64,000 nt of DNA, taken from contig CAVZLW010000007.1 in the NCBI GenBank assembly GCA_963776285.1, positions 185,415-249,414 on the forward strand, in the 5' to 3' direction. The notes beneath the pieces are model-generated. The model was not told the origin of the DNA. It saw only the letters and a program-made list of their open reading frames with translations, and did no database searches. Source of the stretch: an uncultured Chloroflexia bacterium. GTDB taxonomy: Bacteria > Chloroflexota > Limnocylindria > Limnocylindrales > CSP1-4. Positions 1-8,671 of this stretch are shown here, one piece after another (position 1 is the stretch's first letter; every line of letters starts with the position of its first letter). Both the position numbers and the translations under genes were made by a program.

Positions 1-535
1 CCTGCTTCGGTCAGCGGAGTCCGGCAGCCGAATGGCCAGCGTCATCGAGATCCTGATCCTCCGGGCGCTGGCCCTCCGCGCGACTGGCGACCTCCGCGCC
101 GCACTGGTCCCGCTCGAGCGCGCCCTCGCGCTGGCCGAGCCCGAGGGCTACGTCCGCACCTTCGTAAACCAGGGGCCCGAGATGGCGGCGCTGCTCGACG
201 CACTGGCCAAGCGCGCCACCAGATCAGGCTACGTCCGGGGCCTGCTGACGGCGTTCGGGCGGTCCGAGCCCCGCACCACGGCGAGGCAGCCGCTGGCGGA
301 GCCGCTGAGCGAGCGCGAGCTGGAGGTCCTCCGCCTCCTCGCGTCCGACCTCGACGGCCCGGACATCGCGCGCGAGCTCGTGGTGTCGCTCAACACCGTG
401 CGCACCCACACCAAGAACATCTACGCGAAGCTCGGTGTGAACAGCCGCCGCGAAGCCGTGCGCCGCGCTGCGGAGCTGGACCTGCTGTCCCGGAGCCGTG
501 GCGCTGACGGCCGCGGCAATCACCAGACGATGTGA
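1..535 (+). CDS. LuxR-family (MalT/LAL-like) transcriptional regulator, C-terminal part; gene begins upstream of window
   Basis: The ORF is open to the window edge. The C-terminus carries a LuxR-type HTH (LSERELEVLRLLASDLDGPDIARELVVSLNTVRTHTKNIYAKLGV) preceded by a helical-repeat region typical of large ATP-dependent LuxR regulators. Confidence 0.75.
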   Translation, partial: LLRSAESGSRMASVIEILILRALALRATGDLRAALVPLERALALAEPEGYVRTFVNQGPEMAALLDALAKRATRSGYVRGLLTAFGRSEPRTTARQPLAEPLSERELEVLRLLASDLDGPDIARELVVSLNTVRTHTKNIYAKLGVNSRREAVRRAAELDLLSRSRGADGRGNHQTM

Positions 536-625
536 TGTCCGCTCACCACCTTCGCTCCTAGGTTCGGGTCAGACGCCGGACGGTCCTGACGCCGGCGCAG
601 ATCCTAGACACGAAGGAGGAGCGGC

Positions 626-1126
626 TTGAGCGGTGTCGCGGAGTTCATCGCACGAGGCGTGCTCATCGGCGTGGGCGGGTCGGCCCTGATGGGCGTCTGG
701 GCGCTGGTCGCGCGGCGCGCGCTCGGCATCCGGGGCGTCGACTTCGGGCTGCTCGGCCGGTGGATCGGCCACTTCCCGCGGGGCCGGTTCGTCCACGAGC
801 GCATCGGGGCGGCCGACCCGGTTCGGGGAGAACGGGCGGTCGGCTGGGCGGCGCACTACTCGATCGGGATAGCATTCGCGTTCCTGCTGCTGGCCGTCTG
901 GGGGCTCGGCTGGGCCCGATCGCCCGCGATCCTGCCGCCAATGCTGGTTGGCCTCGGAACCGTCGTCGCGCCGTGGTTCGTCCTGCAGCCCGGCATGGGC
1001 TCGGGCGTCGCTGCGTCGAGGACGACCGACCCGCGCAGCGTCCGCCTGCGCAACCTCGCGACCCACGCCGTCTACGGCGTCGGGCTCTACGCGTCGGCGG
1101 TCCTGCTCTCGATCCTCTGGGCCTGA
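626..1126 (+). CDS. DUF2938-like small membrane protein
   Basis: TTG start preceded by a strong RBS (GAAGGAGGAG). The 166-aa product is hydrophobic and multi-TM with a conserved-looking RGVDFGLLGRW segment. Confidence 0.55.
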   Translation: MSGVAEFIARGVLIGVGGSALMGVWALVARRALGIRGVDFGLLGRWIGHFPRGRFVHERIGAADPVRGERAVGWAAHYSIGIAFAFLLLAVWGLGWARSPAILPPMLVGLGTVVAPWFVLQPGMGSGVAASRTTDPRSVRLRNLATHAVYGVGLYASAVLLSILWA

Positions 1127-1260
1127 GCCGCGGAATCACCCCCCAAATCACCAGATGTGGGGATGCGCCCTCACCACATCCCCGCCGACCTTGTGATGGA
1201 ACCAGGGCACGACGGCCCCGCCGGCGAGCCGCCCCACTCGGTCCCACCACAAGGAGCGCC

Positions 1261-1506
1261 ATGAGCAACGTCCGCGACCGCCACGAGCCCGGGCGCTACG
1301 AGATCCGCGTCGGAGGCCACCTCGAGGCCCGGTGGGTCGCCTGGTTCGAAGGGCTCAGCCTCCGCCGCGACGGCGACGGAACCACCGTCATCCACGGCCC
1401 CATCACCGACCAGGCCGCCCTGCACGGCCTGCTCGCCAAGGTCCGCGACACGGGCCTGCCACTGGTCTCGGTGACCTGCGTCGAGGCTGACACCTCGACC
1501 GACTGA
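1261..1506 (+). CDS. 81-aa conserved hypothetical protein (paralogue A of the 21470..21715 protein)
   Basis: ATG with AAGGAG RBS. The C-terminal motif DQAALHGLLAKVRDTGLPLVSV is shared with the ORF at 21470..21715 (DQAAVHGLLAAIRDLGLSLVTV), and both products are 81 aa. Confidence 0.6.
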   Translation: MSNVRDRHEPGRYEIRVGGHLEARWVAWFEGLSLRRDGDGTTVIHGPITDQAALHGLLAKVRDTGLPLVSVTCVEADTSTD

Positions 1507-1571
1507 CCGGGGCCCGTCGGCCCCCAATCCGCTGGGTTCCCAGCGTCCCTCACAGAAGAAGGAGACCCGCC

Positions 1572-2291
1572 ATGACCTTCGCTCGCAAGTCAGCGCTCGC
1601 CGTCGGCGTGCTGTTCATCCTCACGTTCATCACCTCGATCGGCGCCGTGTTCGCCTACGGGCCCGCCCTCAGCGACCCCGCCTACATCCTTGGCGCCGGC
1701 CAAGACGGCCGCGTGTACCTCGGGGCGTTCCTCGAGCTGATGCTCATCCTCACCAACATCGGCTGCGCAGTCGTCCTGTTCCCGTTCCTCAAGCGCCAGA
1801 ACGAGGCCCTCTCGCTCGGCTACGTCGCCGCCCGGATCGTCGAGTGCACGTTCATCCTGGTCGGCCTCCTCAGCGTGCTGGCCATGGCGAGCATGCGCGG
1901 CGCGGCGACGGGCGCCGACGCGAGCTCGCTCAACCTGATCGGCAAGACGCTCCTCGCCATCCACGACTGGACGTTCCTGCTCGGCCCGGGCTTCACCGAC
2001 GGGATCGGGACCGGGATGATCCTGGGCTACCTGATGTGGCGCTCCGGCCTGGTCGGGCGGCGCATGGCGCTCCTCGGCCTCATCGGCGGCACGATGCTCG
2101 CCGCCTCCGGCGCCGCGGTGCTGCTGGGCTTCATCCCGCGAGGCGGCGCGGTGCAGGGCATCGCGACCATCCCCGAGGTCATCTGGGAGGCGTTCCTCGG
2201 CCTGTACCTGACCTTCAAGGGCTTCCAGTCGGCCCCGGTCCAGGCGCTCGAGAGCCGGACCGTCGGGATCGCGCGGGCGCTCGCCGCCTGA
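1572..2291 (+). CDS. DUF4386-family membrane protein
   Basis: RBS AAGGAGA. The 239-aa product has 5-6 TM segments and N-terminal motifs typical of DUF4386 (ALAVGVLFIL, IGAVFAYG). Confidence 0.65.
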   Translation: MTFARKSALAVGVLFILTFITSIGAVFAYGPALSDPAYILGAGQDGRVYLGAFLELMLILTNIGCAVVLFPFLKRQNEALSLGYVAARIVECTFILVGLLSVLAMASMRGAATGADASSLNLIGKTLLAIHDWTFLLGPGFTDGIGTGMILGYLMWRSGLVGRRMALLGLIGGTMLAASGAAVLLGFIPRGGAVQGIATIPEVIWEAFLGLYLTFKGFQSAPVQALESRTVGIARALAA

Positions 2292-2385
2292 CGGGAGGGG
2301 CCCCGAAGCCAGTCTCCGGGGCCCCTCCGCATCCGCTGACGCCCGGCGTCGCCAACCCCACGAGACAGGCAGAGGAGACACCACG

Positions 2386-3423
2386 ATGACCAACGAGACC
2401 GTCGGCAGTCGTGCCGACCACCAGCACCCCGTCCGGACCGTTCCCCGGTTCGCGCTCCGCATCTTCTGGCTGCTGCACCGCGCGATGGTCCGGCTCAGCG
2501 GCCACCGGTTCGGCCTCAGTCGGCCCGAGGCCGGCGAGCGGTTCGGGATGCTGCGCCTCACCACGGTCGGGCGTCGCTCCGGGGCAACCCGGGTGGCGAT
2601 CGTCGGCTACTACGAGGACGGGGCCAACCTCGTCACCCTGGCGATGAACGGCTGGGGGCGCACGGAGCCGGCGTGGTGGCTGAACCTCCAGGCGAACCCC
2701 GACGCCACGGTTGAGCTGCCCGACGGCCCCCGAGCGGTGCGGGCCCGCGCCGCGTCGGGCGAGGAGCGCGACCGGCTCTGGGCCAGGTTCCGCGACTATC
2801 CCGGCTGGGCCCCCGACATCGATGCCTCCGCGGCGCTGCGGCCCACCCCCACGGCGGTGATCGTCCTCGAGCCGCGTGATGCCCTGCCCGAGACCACCGC
2901 CCCGGCGACGAACGTCCCGGCGGACGTCCCCGCCCCGGCCGTCCAGACAGTGCTTACCGCGGACGCTCACTCGCCTCGCCGGCTGGCGCTCCGCCACCTC
3001 TGGATCGTCCCGGGGCTCGGCATCGCCCTCTTCGCCAACGCGCAGTCCACGACCTACGGCGTCGGCCTGGTGCCGCTCCTGCTGTTCGGGATCGTGCCCC
3101 ACCTCCCAGCCCTCGCGGGGATCGGTCAGCCGCTCGGTCGCGGCCAGCTGGCCCCGCGCGCCGTCCCGCTCTTCAACGCGATGCACCAGCCGGCCCTGCC
3201 GCTGGCGGTGGCAGTGCTTGCCGCCACAGGCGTTCTGTCCCCGTTCTGGCTGGTGGGCGCCCTGGCGTGGCTCAGTCACATCGTCGTGGACTGGGGCTTC
3301 GCCAAAGGAATCCGGACCCGCGACGGATACGTTCGGGGCTCCGCCGGCGCCGGACGCCGAGCGCACCGAGGCGAAACGACCAGCGGACCCTCGGCCCAGG
3401 TCGGCGTGTCGGCTCCAGCATGA
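2386..3423 (+). CDS. Deazaflavin(F420)-dependent nitroreductase (Ddn/DUF385-like) fused to a C-terminal DUF4260-like membrane domain
   Basis: RBS GAGGAGA. The N-terminal ~160 aa match the Ddn/PNPOx-like nitroreductase family (RLSGHRFG, LLRLTTVGRRSGATRV, ANPDATVEL). The C-terminal ~130 aa are hydrophobic and resemble the DUF4260 protein at 34873..35283. The two parts are in one continuous frame. Confidence 0.65.
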   Translation: MTNETVGSRADHQHPVRTVPRFALRIFWLLHRAMVRLSGHRFGLSRPEAGERFGMLRLTTVGRRSGATRVAIVGYYEDGANLVTLAMNGWGRTEPAWWLNLQANPDATVELPDGPRAVRARAASGEERDRLWARFRDYPGWAPDIDASAALRPTPTAVIVLEPRDALPETTAPATNVPADVPAPAVQTVLTADAHSPRRLALRHLWIVPGLGIALFANAQSTTYGVGLVPLLLFGIVPHLPALAGIGQPLGRGQLAPRAVPLFNAMHQPALPLAVAVLAATGVLSPFWLVGALAWLSHIVVDWGFAKGIRTRDGYVRGSAGAGRRAHRGETTSGPSAQVGVSAPA

Positions 3424-3445
3424 AGGAATGCAGTGCCCGGCCCCG

Positions 3446-3790
3446 GGGGCCGGGCACCGTGCGAACCCGCAGGATGACGGTCGCGTCCCACAGTTGCCAG
3501 GCCGAGTCGCCCCGCGATTCACCCCCCAAGCACGGGCTGAGCGTGGGCCCTCATATGGTCGACGCTGTTTCGCAAGCAGCAGCGCCAATCCGCCGCCTTG
3601 TCTGAGCGAAGGGATGGTTGTAGCCACGGGTGTAGCCAGACCGGTGGACGTCCTGCCGTCGCGGTGGACGGTTTGGGGCCTCTCGGGCGGCGTTTCATGC
3701 TCGCCAGGGGCCTCAGTGGACGCCGTCGGATGCCCGCTGTTCGGCTTCGTAAACAGCAGGTCCTCGGTTCAAATCCGAGTGTCGGCTCCA
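3446..3790 (+). ncRNA. ssrA: Candidate tmRNA (ssrA) / tRNA-like element
   Basis: The 3' end is ...GGTCCTCGGTTCAAATCCGAGTGTCGGCTCCA, with T-stem CTCGG/CCGAG, T-loop TTCAAAT and acceptor strand CGGCTCC plus discriminator A. A perfect complementary 5' strand GGGGCCG lies 345 nt upstream at 3446, giving a G3:U70 pair, which is tRNA-Ala/tmRNA identity. No canonical 73-76-nt tRNA can be folded from this 3' end. The only in-frame tag candidate ends ...AVSQAAAPIRRLV-TGA at 3603-3605, which is atypical. Three unpaired nt between T-stem and acceptor, and no smpB nearby. Confidence 0.4.
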
Positions 3791-4053
3791 GCCTTTGCCC
3801 CATGTCCTCTGCATGGCTGGCAACGCCTCGTGTGACCACTGAGTCCGCGACTTTCGCCGCCGGGGTTGCATACAGTGGCGGCGCGAACGGGCACGGCTCC
3901 CACGAACACGCCTGCGGTCAATCCCGCCGCGAGGATCACCGCCGCAGACGACGGCCGAACGACGCCACGCGATGGGGAGTGAGCGACACCGCCACCTGCC
4001 TGGTCTTGGTGACTTCCAGGAGTGCGATGGGTGGTGACCATCGTTTCGAGCGG

Positions 4054-4485
4054 TCAGGCGGCTGCTGCCGCGTCCGGCCGTCCGAACAAACCGAGCTGGA
4101 TCAGCATCCCGAGTTGATCCGGGACGCCCCAGTGCTCGACGATCTTGCCGTCAGCGAAGCGGATGACGTCGATCACCGTGATCTCGAATGACCGGCCGGT
4201 CGCCGGTCGGCCCATGACGTTGCCCGTGTTGACACCCGTCCCGCGACAGCGGATCCAGACCGTGTCGTCGCTCGCGATGAGGTCGACGATCACCAGCTCG
4301 AAGTCGCTGAACCAGGACCGGAGGGTCCGGATCGTCTCCTTGACACCCTCGATCCCCGGCTTCAGTCCGCGCTGATTCTCGACCGAATCCGGTGAGACGA
4401 GCTCATCGCAGACGCCCAGGTTGCCTCCGGTGAACCCTTCGGCGATCAGCCGGCGGGTGGCGGCGATGTTCTCTTGGACCGACAT
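4054..4485 (-). CDS. SnoaL-like / ester cyclase family protein
   Basis: The 143-aa product starts MSVQENIAATRRLIAEGF... with an NTF2-like polyketide-cyclase signature. RBS GGGAGGGGA. Confidence 0.7.
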   Translation of the reverse strand: MSVQENIAATRRLIAEGFTGGNLGVCDELVSPDSVENQRGLKPGIEGVKETIRTLRSWFSDFELVIVDLIASDDTVWIRCRGTGVNTGNVMGRPATGRSFEITVIDVIRFADGKIVEHWGVPDQLGMLIQLGLFGRPDAAAAA

Positions 4486-4513
4486 GAGGTCCCCTCCCTA
4501 CTACACTGGCGCT

Positions 4514-4545
4514 ATAGTTGCAACTGGAGTGATACTCTAGTTGCG
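4514..4545. promoter_or_regulatory. Candidate TetR operator in divergent SnoaL-like/TetR intergenic region
   Basis: Perfect palindrome AGTTGCAACT at 4516-4525, with a repeated half-site TAGTTGC at 4538-4544 just before the TetR start codon. Confidence 0.35.
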
Positions 4546-5180
4546 TGAGTCCTGTCAAGCCCCCGTCCGACGGATCCCGCGACCGCCCGCGTCGTCGCGA
4601 CCGGGCCGTGACGCGGGCACGGATGCTCGATGCCGCCCGGCGCCTGTTCCTCGAGCGCGGCTATGCGGCGACGACCATTCCGGAGATCGCCGCCGCGGCC
4701 GGCGTCGCCGTGCCCACGATCTACTGGGCGTTCGGATCCAAGCGGGCGCTGGTCAGCGAGATCCGCCGGGCCTGGTTCGAGGCGGCTGAGACGGGCGCCC
4801 GGCTCCGCGAGGTCCTGGCGATCGACGAGCCGGGCGCCAGGCTGGACGCCTACGCGGCATTCATGGGCAACCAGTGGGCGACCGGCGCGGAAGCGCTCGC
4901 GATCCAGCAGGACGCCATGCGTGCCGATCCGGAGATCGCCACCGAGATCGCCGCCGTCCTGGCGGAGCGCGCCGAGCGGCTGAAGAAGGTGGTGGTGCCA
5001 CTCGCGCCGCACCTGCGCGAACCGCTCACGGTCGAGACGGCCCACGACCTCCTGCTGGCGCTCAGCATGCTGGAGGTCTACAGGGAGCTGCGCGACCGTG
5101 GATGGTCGGACGCGCGGTACCAGGCCTGGCTGGGCCGCGTCCTTCGAGAGCAGCTGCTCGGGCGCGAGTCAGCTGGCTGA
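4545..5180 (+). CDS. TetR/AcrR family transcriptional regulator
   Basis: GTG start. The N-terminal HTH is AVTRARMLDAARRLFLERGYAATTIPEIAAAAGVAVPTIYWAFGSKRAL. Confidence 0.8.
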   Translation: MSPVKPPSDGSRDRPRRRDRAVTRARMLDAARRLFLERGYAATTIPEIAAAAGVAVPTIYWAFGSKRALVSEIRRAWFEAAETGARLREVLAIDEPGARLDAYAAFMGNQWATGAEALAIQQDAMRADPEIATEIAAVLAERAERLKKVVVPLAPHLREPLTVETAHDLLLALSMLEVYRELRDRGWSDARYQAWLGRVLREQLLGRESAG

Positions 5181-5461
5181 CGGAACGGCGGCACGTGGAC
5201 CGCTCACGGTGCCGGAGGACGCCGACGGGCAGATCGACCAGCGGCGCCGGACCTCGCTTCGTTACGTCGTCACCTCGGGGTCGGTGGCGAGAACTGGCCC
5301 CATCTGGCGCGGCGTGAGGAGCACGTTGACCAAAGAAGAGGCGAGCCTCGGCACCTCCCCGTGAGCTGCTGGAGGTGCCGCGGGCGGACATCCTGGCGCT
5401 CGTTCGGATTGCCGAGCTGCTCGCCGAGAGCGCGGACCCGGCAGCGATGATGGAGCACGCC

Positions 5462-5610
5462 TTCCCGACGGTGATCGGCCGAGACTTCGCCGGTGTCGTC
5501 GAGGCCGTCGGGCCGGGCCGGAGCGATGTCGCAGTCGGCGACGAGGTGCTCAGCTTCATGACGGCGATGCCGCCCCTCCACGACGGCACCTACGCCGAGG
5601 TCATCGCCGG
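5462..5610 (+). pseudogene. Fragment of a zinc-type alcohol dehydrogenase / quinone oxidoreductase (MDR) gene
   Basis: Only ~50 aa of the MDR catalytic-domain signature are present (PTVIGRDFAGVVEAVGPGRSDVAVGDEVLSF...DGTYAEVIA) inside a 146-aa ORF whose flanks do not continue the family. Confidence 0.45.
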
Positions 5611-5747
5611 GCACGTAGGCGGGATCTGCAACGGGCGCGGCCCAGCCGCGTGCTTCGGTTCAGAACGGGCCACGACGAACCTGCCGTCGGCGACCAGGAT
5701 CTGCCCGATCCAGAGCAGCAGGTTCGCGTTCATTCGTTCGTTCCGAT

Positions 5748-6374
5748 TCAGATGCCGACCGGCTCGCGGACGAGCACGACCGTGGTTCGCCCAGGCCGCC
5801 ACTCGCCGAGAATGAGGAGGACCTTGTCGAGGGAGGTGTCGACACCCAGGCGCTCCCGGACCCGGTCGTTCTCCCAGGGGAAGACGACCTCGCGGATCCG
5901 TCGCATCGCGGCATCGAGGTCGGGCACGAGCTTCTGGCTGCCGACGACGAGGATCAGGCGCCCCGCGCCCGCGGCATAGGCACCAAGCTGGCTGCCCGTG
6001 GCCGAGGCCGCCACGAGCGTGCCGTCGGCGGTGATCGCGGCGACGCTGCCCAGCATGAAGTCTGGCGCAGCAGAGAGCTTGCGGATCTCGCGGCCCTGCG
6101 TGGCCCGGTCCATCGCCATCATGCGCGGCCGGATCGCGTCGTACCGGCCCGACTCGACGAGCTCGCCGTAGAGCTCGATATCCTCGAGCGTCTTCGACTT
6201 GCCGGTGTGGACCTCCGCGCCCTCGGGGATCAGGCCAAGGACGAACGCGCGCGCCGCGTCGCCGTCGTCGACGACGACCGTCTCGATGTTGTGCGCGCGG
6301 AGGGCGGCCGCGACCTCGTCCAGGCGATGTGCGGCGGACGCATTGCCGGTGCGGCCCTGGTCGTCGGCGGTCAC
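5748..6374 (-). CDS. LUD-domain (LutC/YkgG-like lactate-utilisation) protein
   Basis: The 208-aa product has a LUD_dom-like C-terminus (LILVVGSQKLVPDLDAAMRRIREVVFPWEN). GTG start overlaps the upstream stop as GTGA. Confidence 0.65.
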   Translation of the reverse strand: MTADDQGRTGNASAAHRLDEVAAALRAHNIETVVVDDGDAARAFVLGLIPEGAEVHTGKSKTLEDIELYGELVESGRYDAIRPRMMAMDRATQGREIRKLSAAPDFMLGSVAAITADGTLVAASATGSQLGAYAAGAGRLILVVGSQKLVPDLDAAMRRIREVVFPWENDRVRERLGVDTSLDKVLLILGEWRPGRTTVVLVREPVGI

Positions 6375-6796
6375 AGCGGGAGTCCGACCGCCACGACGCC
6401 GACAGCCACGCCGATCGCCAGGCTGGCAACGCCGATCTGGTTCGAGCGTGCACGGTCGCGCCGCCGGGCCTCGGCGTCCTCGACTTGCACGGTCTGCCCG
6501 AGTTCGCCGAAGTTGTAGATCCCCCGCGACCCGAAGCCGGCGCAGAACCGGAAACGGGCCTGGAGATACCCCGACGCGGCAATGGCCGTCGGGAGGGCGA
6601 CCAATAGCCGGACCGGCCGCGGCGCGCCCACCCCGACGAGCCCGCCGAGCATGACGACCGCGGCACCGAGCCCGACGTGGCCCGCCCGGCGCCGCCTTGC
6701 GATCTCCGCAGGGCCGATGTTGCAGACCCCTGGCAGGTAGGCATCGCCGGACGCAGCCGCCGGCGTGCTGGGTGTCGTCTGGGACGCGAGCGTCAT
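6371..6796 (-). CDS. Hypothetical small membrane protein
   Basis: ~141 aa from MTLASQTT. The start ATG overlaps the TetR stop (ATGA) and the stop overlaps the LUD gene start, so the three genes look co-translated. Two to three hydrophobic segments. Confidence 0.5.
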   Translation of the reverse strand: MTLASQTTPSTPAAASGDAYLPGVCNIGPAEIARRRRAGHVGLGAAVVMLGGLVGVGAPRPVRLLVALPTAIAASGYLQARFRFCAGFGSRGIYNFGELGQTVQVEDAEARRRDRARSNQIGVASLAIGVAVGVVAVGLPL

Positions 6797-7464
6797 CGTG
6801 TGCTCCCTGTCTGATCTGTGGTGCTGTTCATCCGCCGCATCGCCCGCATGACCTGGCGCGGCGTGGGGGGTGGCGGCAGCGGGCTTGCGCCGCCGGCGCG
6901 GAACGCCTGGAGCATGAGGGCGGCGAACCGCCGCCACGCATCGGGCGCGTCTTCGCCGGATCCCTGGACGACACCGGCGTTGGCCATGAGCAGCAGGACG
7001 AGGTCCTCGGGGACGAAGTCGGCCCGCAACGCTCCGGCCTCCTGGGCCCGCTCGATCATGCGGACGGACAGCTCGTAGCCGCGCGCCCGGTGCGCCTCCA
7101 AGGCCCTCGCGGTTGGGAACGTCCTCGTGAGCACGTCCTTGAGGCCGCGGTCGGCGGCCTGCATCCCGCAGACGCGCTCGACGTAGGCGCAGAAGCCTGC
7201 CCAGGCGTCCGGGGCCTCGAGGGCCTCCTCGGCCGCCTGGGCATAGTCGGCCACCCTTCGCTCGAAGCAGGCGGCAATCAGGTCTTCGCGGGTCGGGAAC
7301 CGACGGTAGAGGGTGGCGATGCCCACCCCAGCGCGCCCGGCCACATCCTCGAGGGGCACGTCGAGGCCTCGCTCGGCGAATGCGACCCCTGCGGCCTCCA
7401 CGATCCGTCCCCGGTTGCGCTCGGCGTCGACGCGCAGGGGCTTGCTGGCATCGGCGGTTTCCAT
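6793..7464 (-). CDS. TetR family transcriptional regulator
   Basis: Start METADASKPL. HTH is RNRGRIVEAAGVAFAERGLDVPLEDVAGRAGVGIATLYRRFPTREDL. It is the first gene of a three-gene co-oriented cluster. Confidence 0.75.
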   Translation of the reverse strand: METADASKPLRVDAERNRGRIVEAAGVAFAERGLDVPLEDVAGRAGVGIATLYRRFPTREDLIAACFERRVADYAQAAEEALEAPDAWAGFCAYVERVCGMQAADRGLKDVLTRTFPTARALEAHRARGYELSVRMIERAQEAGALRADFVPEDLVLLLMANAGVVQGSGEDAPDAWRRFAALMLQAFRAGGASPLPPPPTPRQVMRAMRRMNSTTDQTGSTR

Positions 7465-7479
7465 GCCCTCACCATACCC

Positions 7480-7536
7480 CGAATCGGAGGACAGCCTCCA
7501 TTTGTGTCTTCGATCCACCGTATGCCTCCGATTCGC
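7480..7536. promoter_or_regulatory. 11-bp perfect inverted repeat (candidate TetR operator) upstream of the TetR gene at 6793..7464
   Basis: CGAATCGGAGG (7480-7490) ... CCTCCGATTCG (7526-7536). A second imperfect palindrome GGGATCCCGCAAAG...CTTGCGGGCGGGATCC lies at ~7700-7745, before the hydrolase start. Confidence 0.35.
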
Positions 7537-7760
7537 CCTCCAGTCGGTTACTCCCGCGGTCAGTCGGAGCCTGGAGTCGCGGAGTTGGACGCTGCTTCGG
7601 GGATGGGATGCGAAGAAGGCCGCCGGTGCTGCCGCCGCGCTGGCTCCGAGCTCATCGGGTGCCTGTGGGCTCACGCTCAATGTCTGTGCGGCGCGTCGCC
7701 GGGATCCCGCAAAGCCCATACTCTTGCGGGCGGGATCCGGCAAGGGCCATAATCGTCGCG

Positions 7761-8642
7761 ATGGCGATCCCTCTTCCCCCTCCGGTTGCAGGCGTCCCGT
7801 TCGATGTCGAGACCGCCGACGGCCGGGTCGCCGGCTACCGGCTGGGCGAGGGGCGGACGGTCCTGCTCCTGCACAGCTTCAATGCGGCCGGAGCAGGCGT
7901 GGAGCTCGCGTCCCTGGCGTCACGGTTGGCCGAACACCGGCGGGTCGTGCTGGTCGACTGGCTCGGCTTCGGCACCTCGGAACGTCCGGACGCGCCGTAC
8001 GGCTGGGCGCTCTACGGCGAGCAGCTCGAGCAGATCCGGGTCGCCGCCCTGGGGCCTGGTGAGACCTCCGTCGATGTCGTCGCGCTCTCGTTGCCCGGCC
8101 AGTATGTCGTTGTCGCCGCCGCCGGGCATCCGGAACGCTTCGGTCGCATCGTCCTCATCAGCCCCACCGGGTTCGGCCGCTTCAAGGGGAGCGCCGGTCG
8201 CACATCCCAGTATCTCTACCGGGCCCTGCGCCTGACGGGGATCGGCCGCCTGTTGTTCGCGGTCCTCGCCCGGCGCCGGGTGATCCGCTGGTTCCTGCGC
8301 CAGACGTTCGCGGATCCGGAGCGGGTCCCGCGGCAGTACGAACGGTACTGCTGGCGGACCGGCCAGCAGCCAGGCGCGTTCCGAGCCCCGCTGGCGTTCG
8401 TCTCCGGGCTGCTGAACGATCCTCGGGCGGAGGAAGCTTACGGGCTGCTCGCGAACCCCACGCTCCTCGTCTTCGGGGATCATCCGCGCTTCACGGACCC
8501 CGCGGCCTCGGAGGCGCTCGTCGCCGCGAACACCAGCCTGCGAACGGTCACGATCGAGCACGCCGGAGACCTTCCCCAGCTGGAGCAGCCCGATGAGACG
8601 GCCGCCGTGGTCGAGGGGTTCCTGCGCAACGAGGCCGGCTGA
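7761..8642 (+). CDS. alpha/beta hydrolase fold protein
   Basis: 294 aa. Oxyanion region VLLLHSFNAAG and a nucleophile-elbow-like LSLPGQ. Divergent from the TetR gene. Confidence 0.7.
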   Translation: MAIPLPPPVAGVPFDVETADGRVAGYRLGEGRTVLLLHSFNAAGAGVELASLASRLAEHRRVVLVDWLGFGTSERPDAPYGWALYGEQLEQIRVAALGPGETSVDVVALSLPGQYVVVAAAGHPERFGRIVLISPTGFGRFKGSAGRTSQYLYRALRLTGIGRLLFAVLARRRVIRWFLRQTFADPERVPRQYERYCWRTGQQPGAFRAPLAFVSGLLNDPRAEEAYGLLANPTLLVFGDHPRFTDPAASEALVAANTSLRTVTIEHAGDLPQLEQPDETAAVVEGFLRNEAG

Positions 8643-8671
8643 TCGGATCTCGTGACGCGGCACGCGACGGA

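Noticed and set aside
3716-3790. Canonical tRNA gene ending at the GGTTCAAATCC T-arm
   Set aside because: No 7-bp acceptor complement, D-arm or anticodon stem can be formed within 73-90 nt upstream. Only the distant 5' strand at 3446 pairs, hence the tmRNA interpretation instead.
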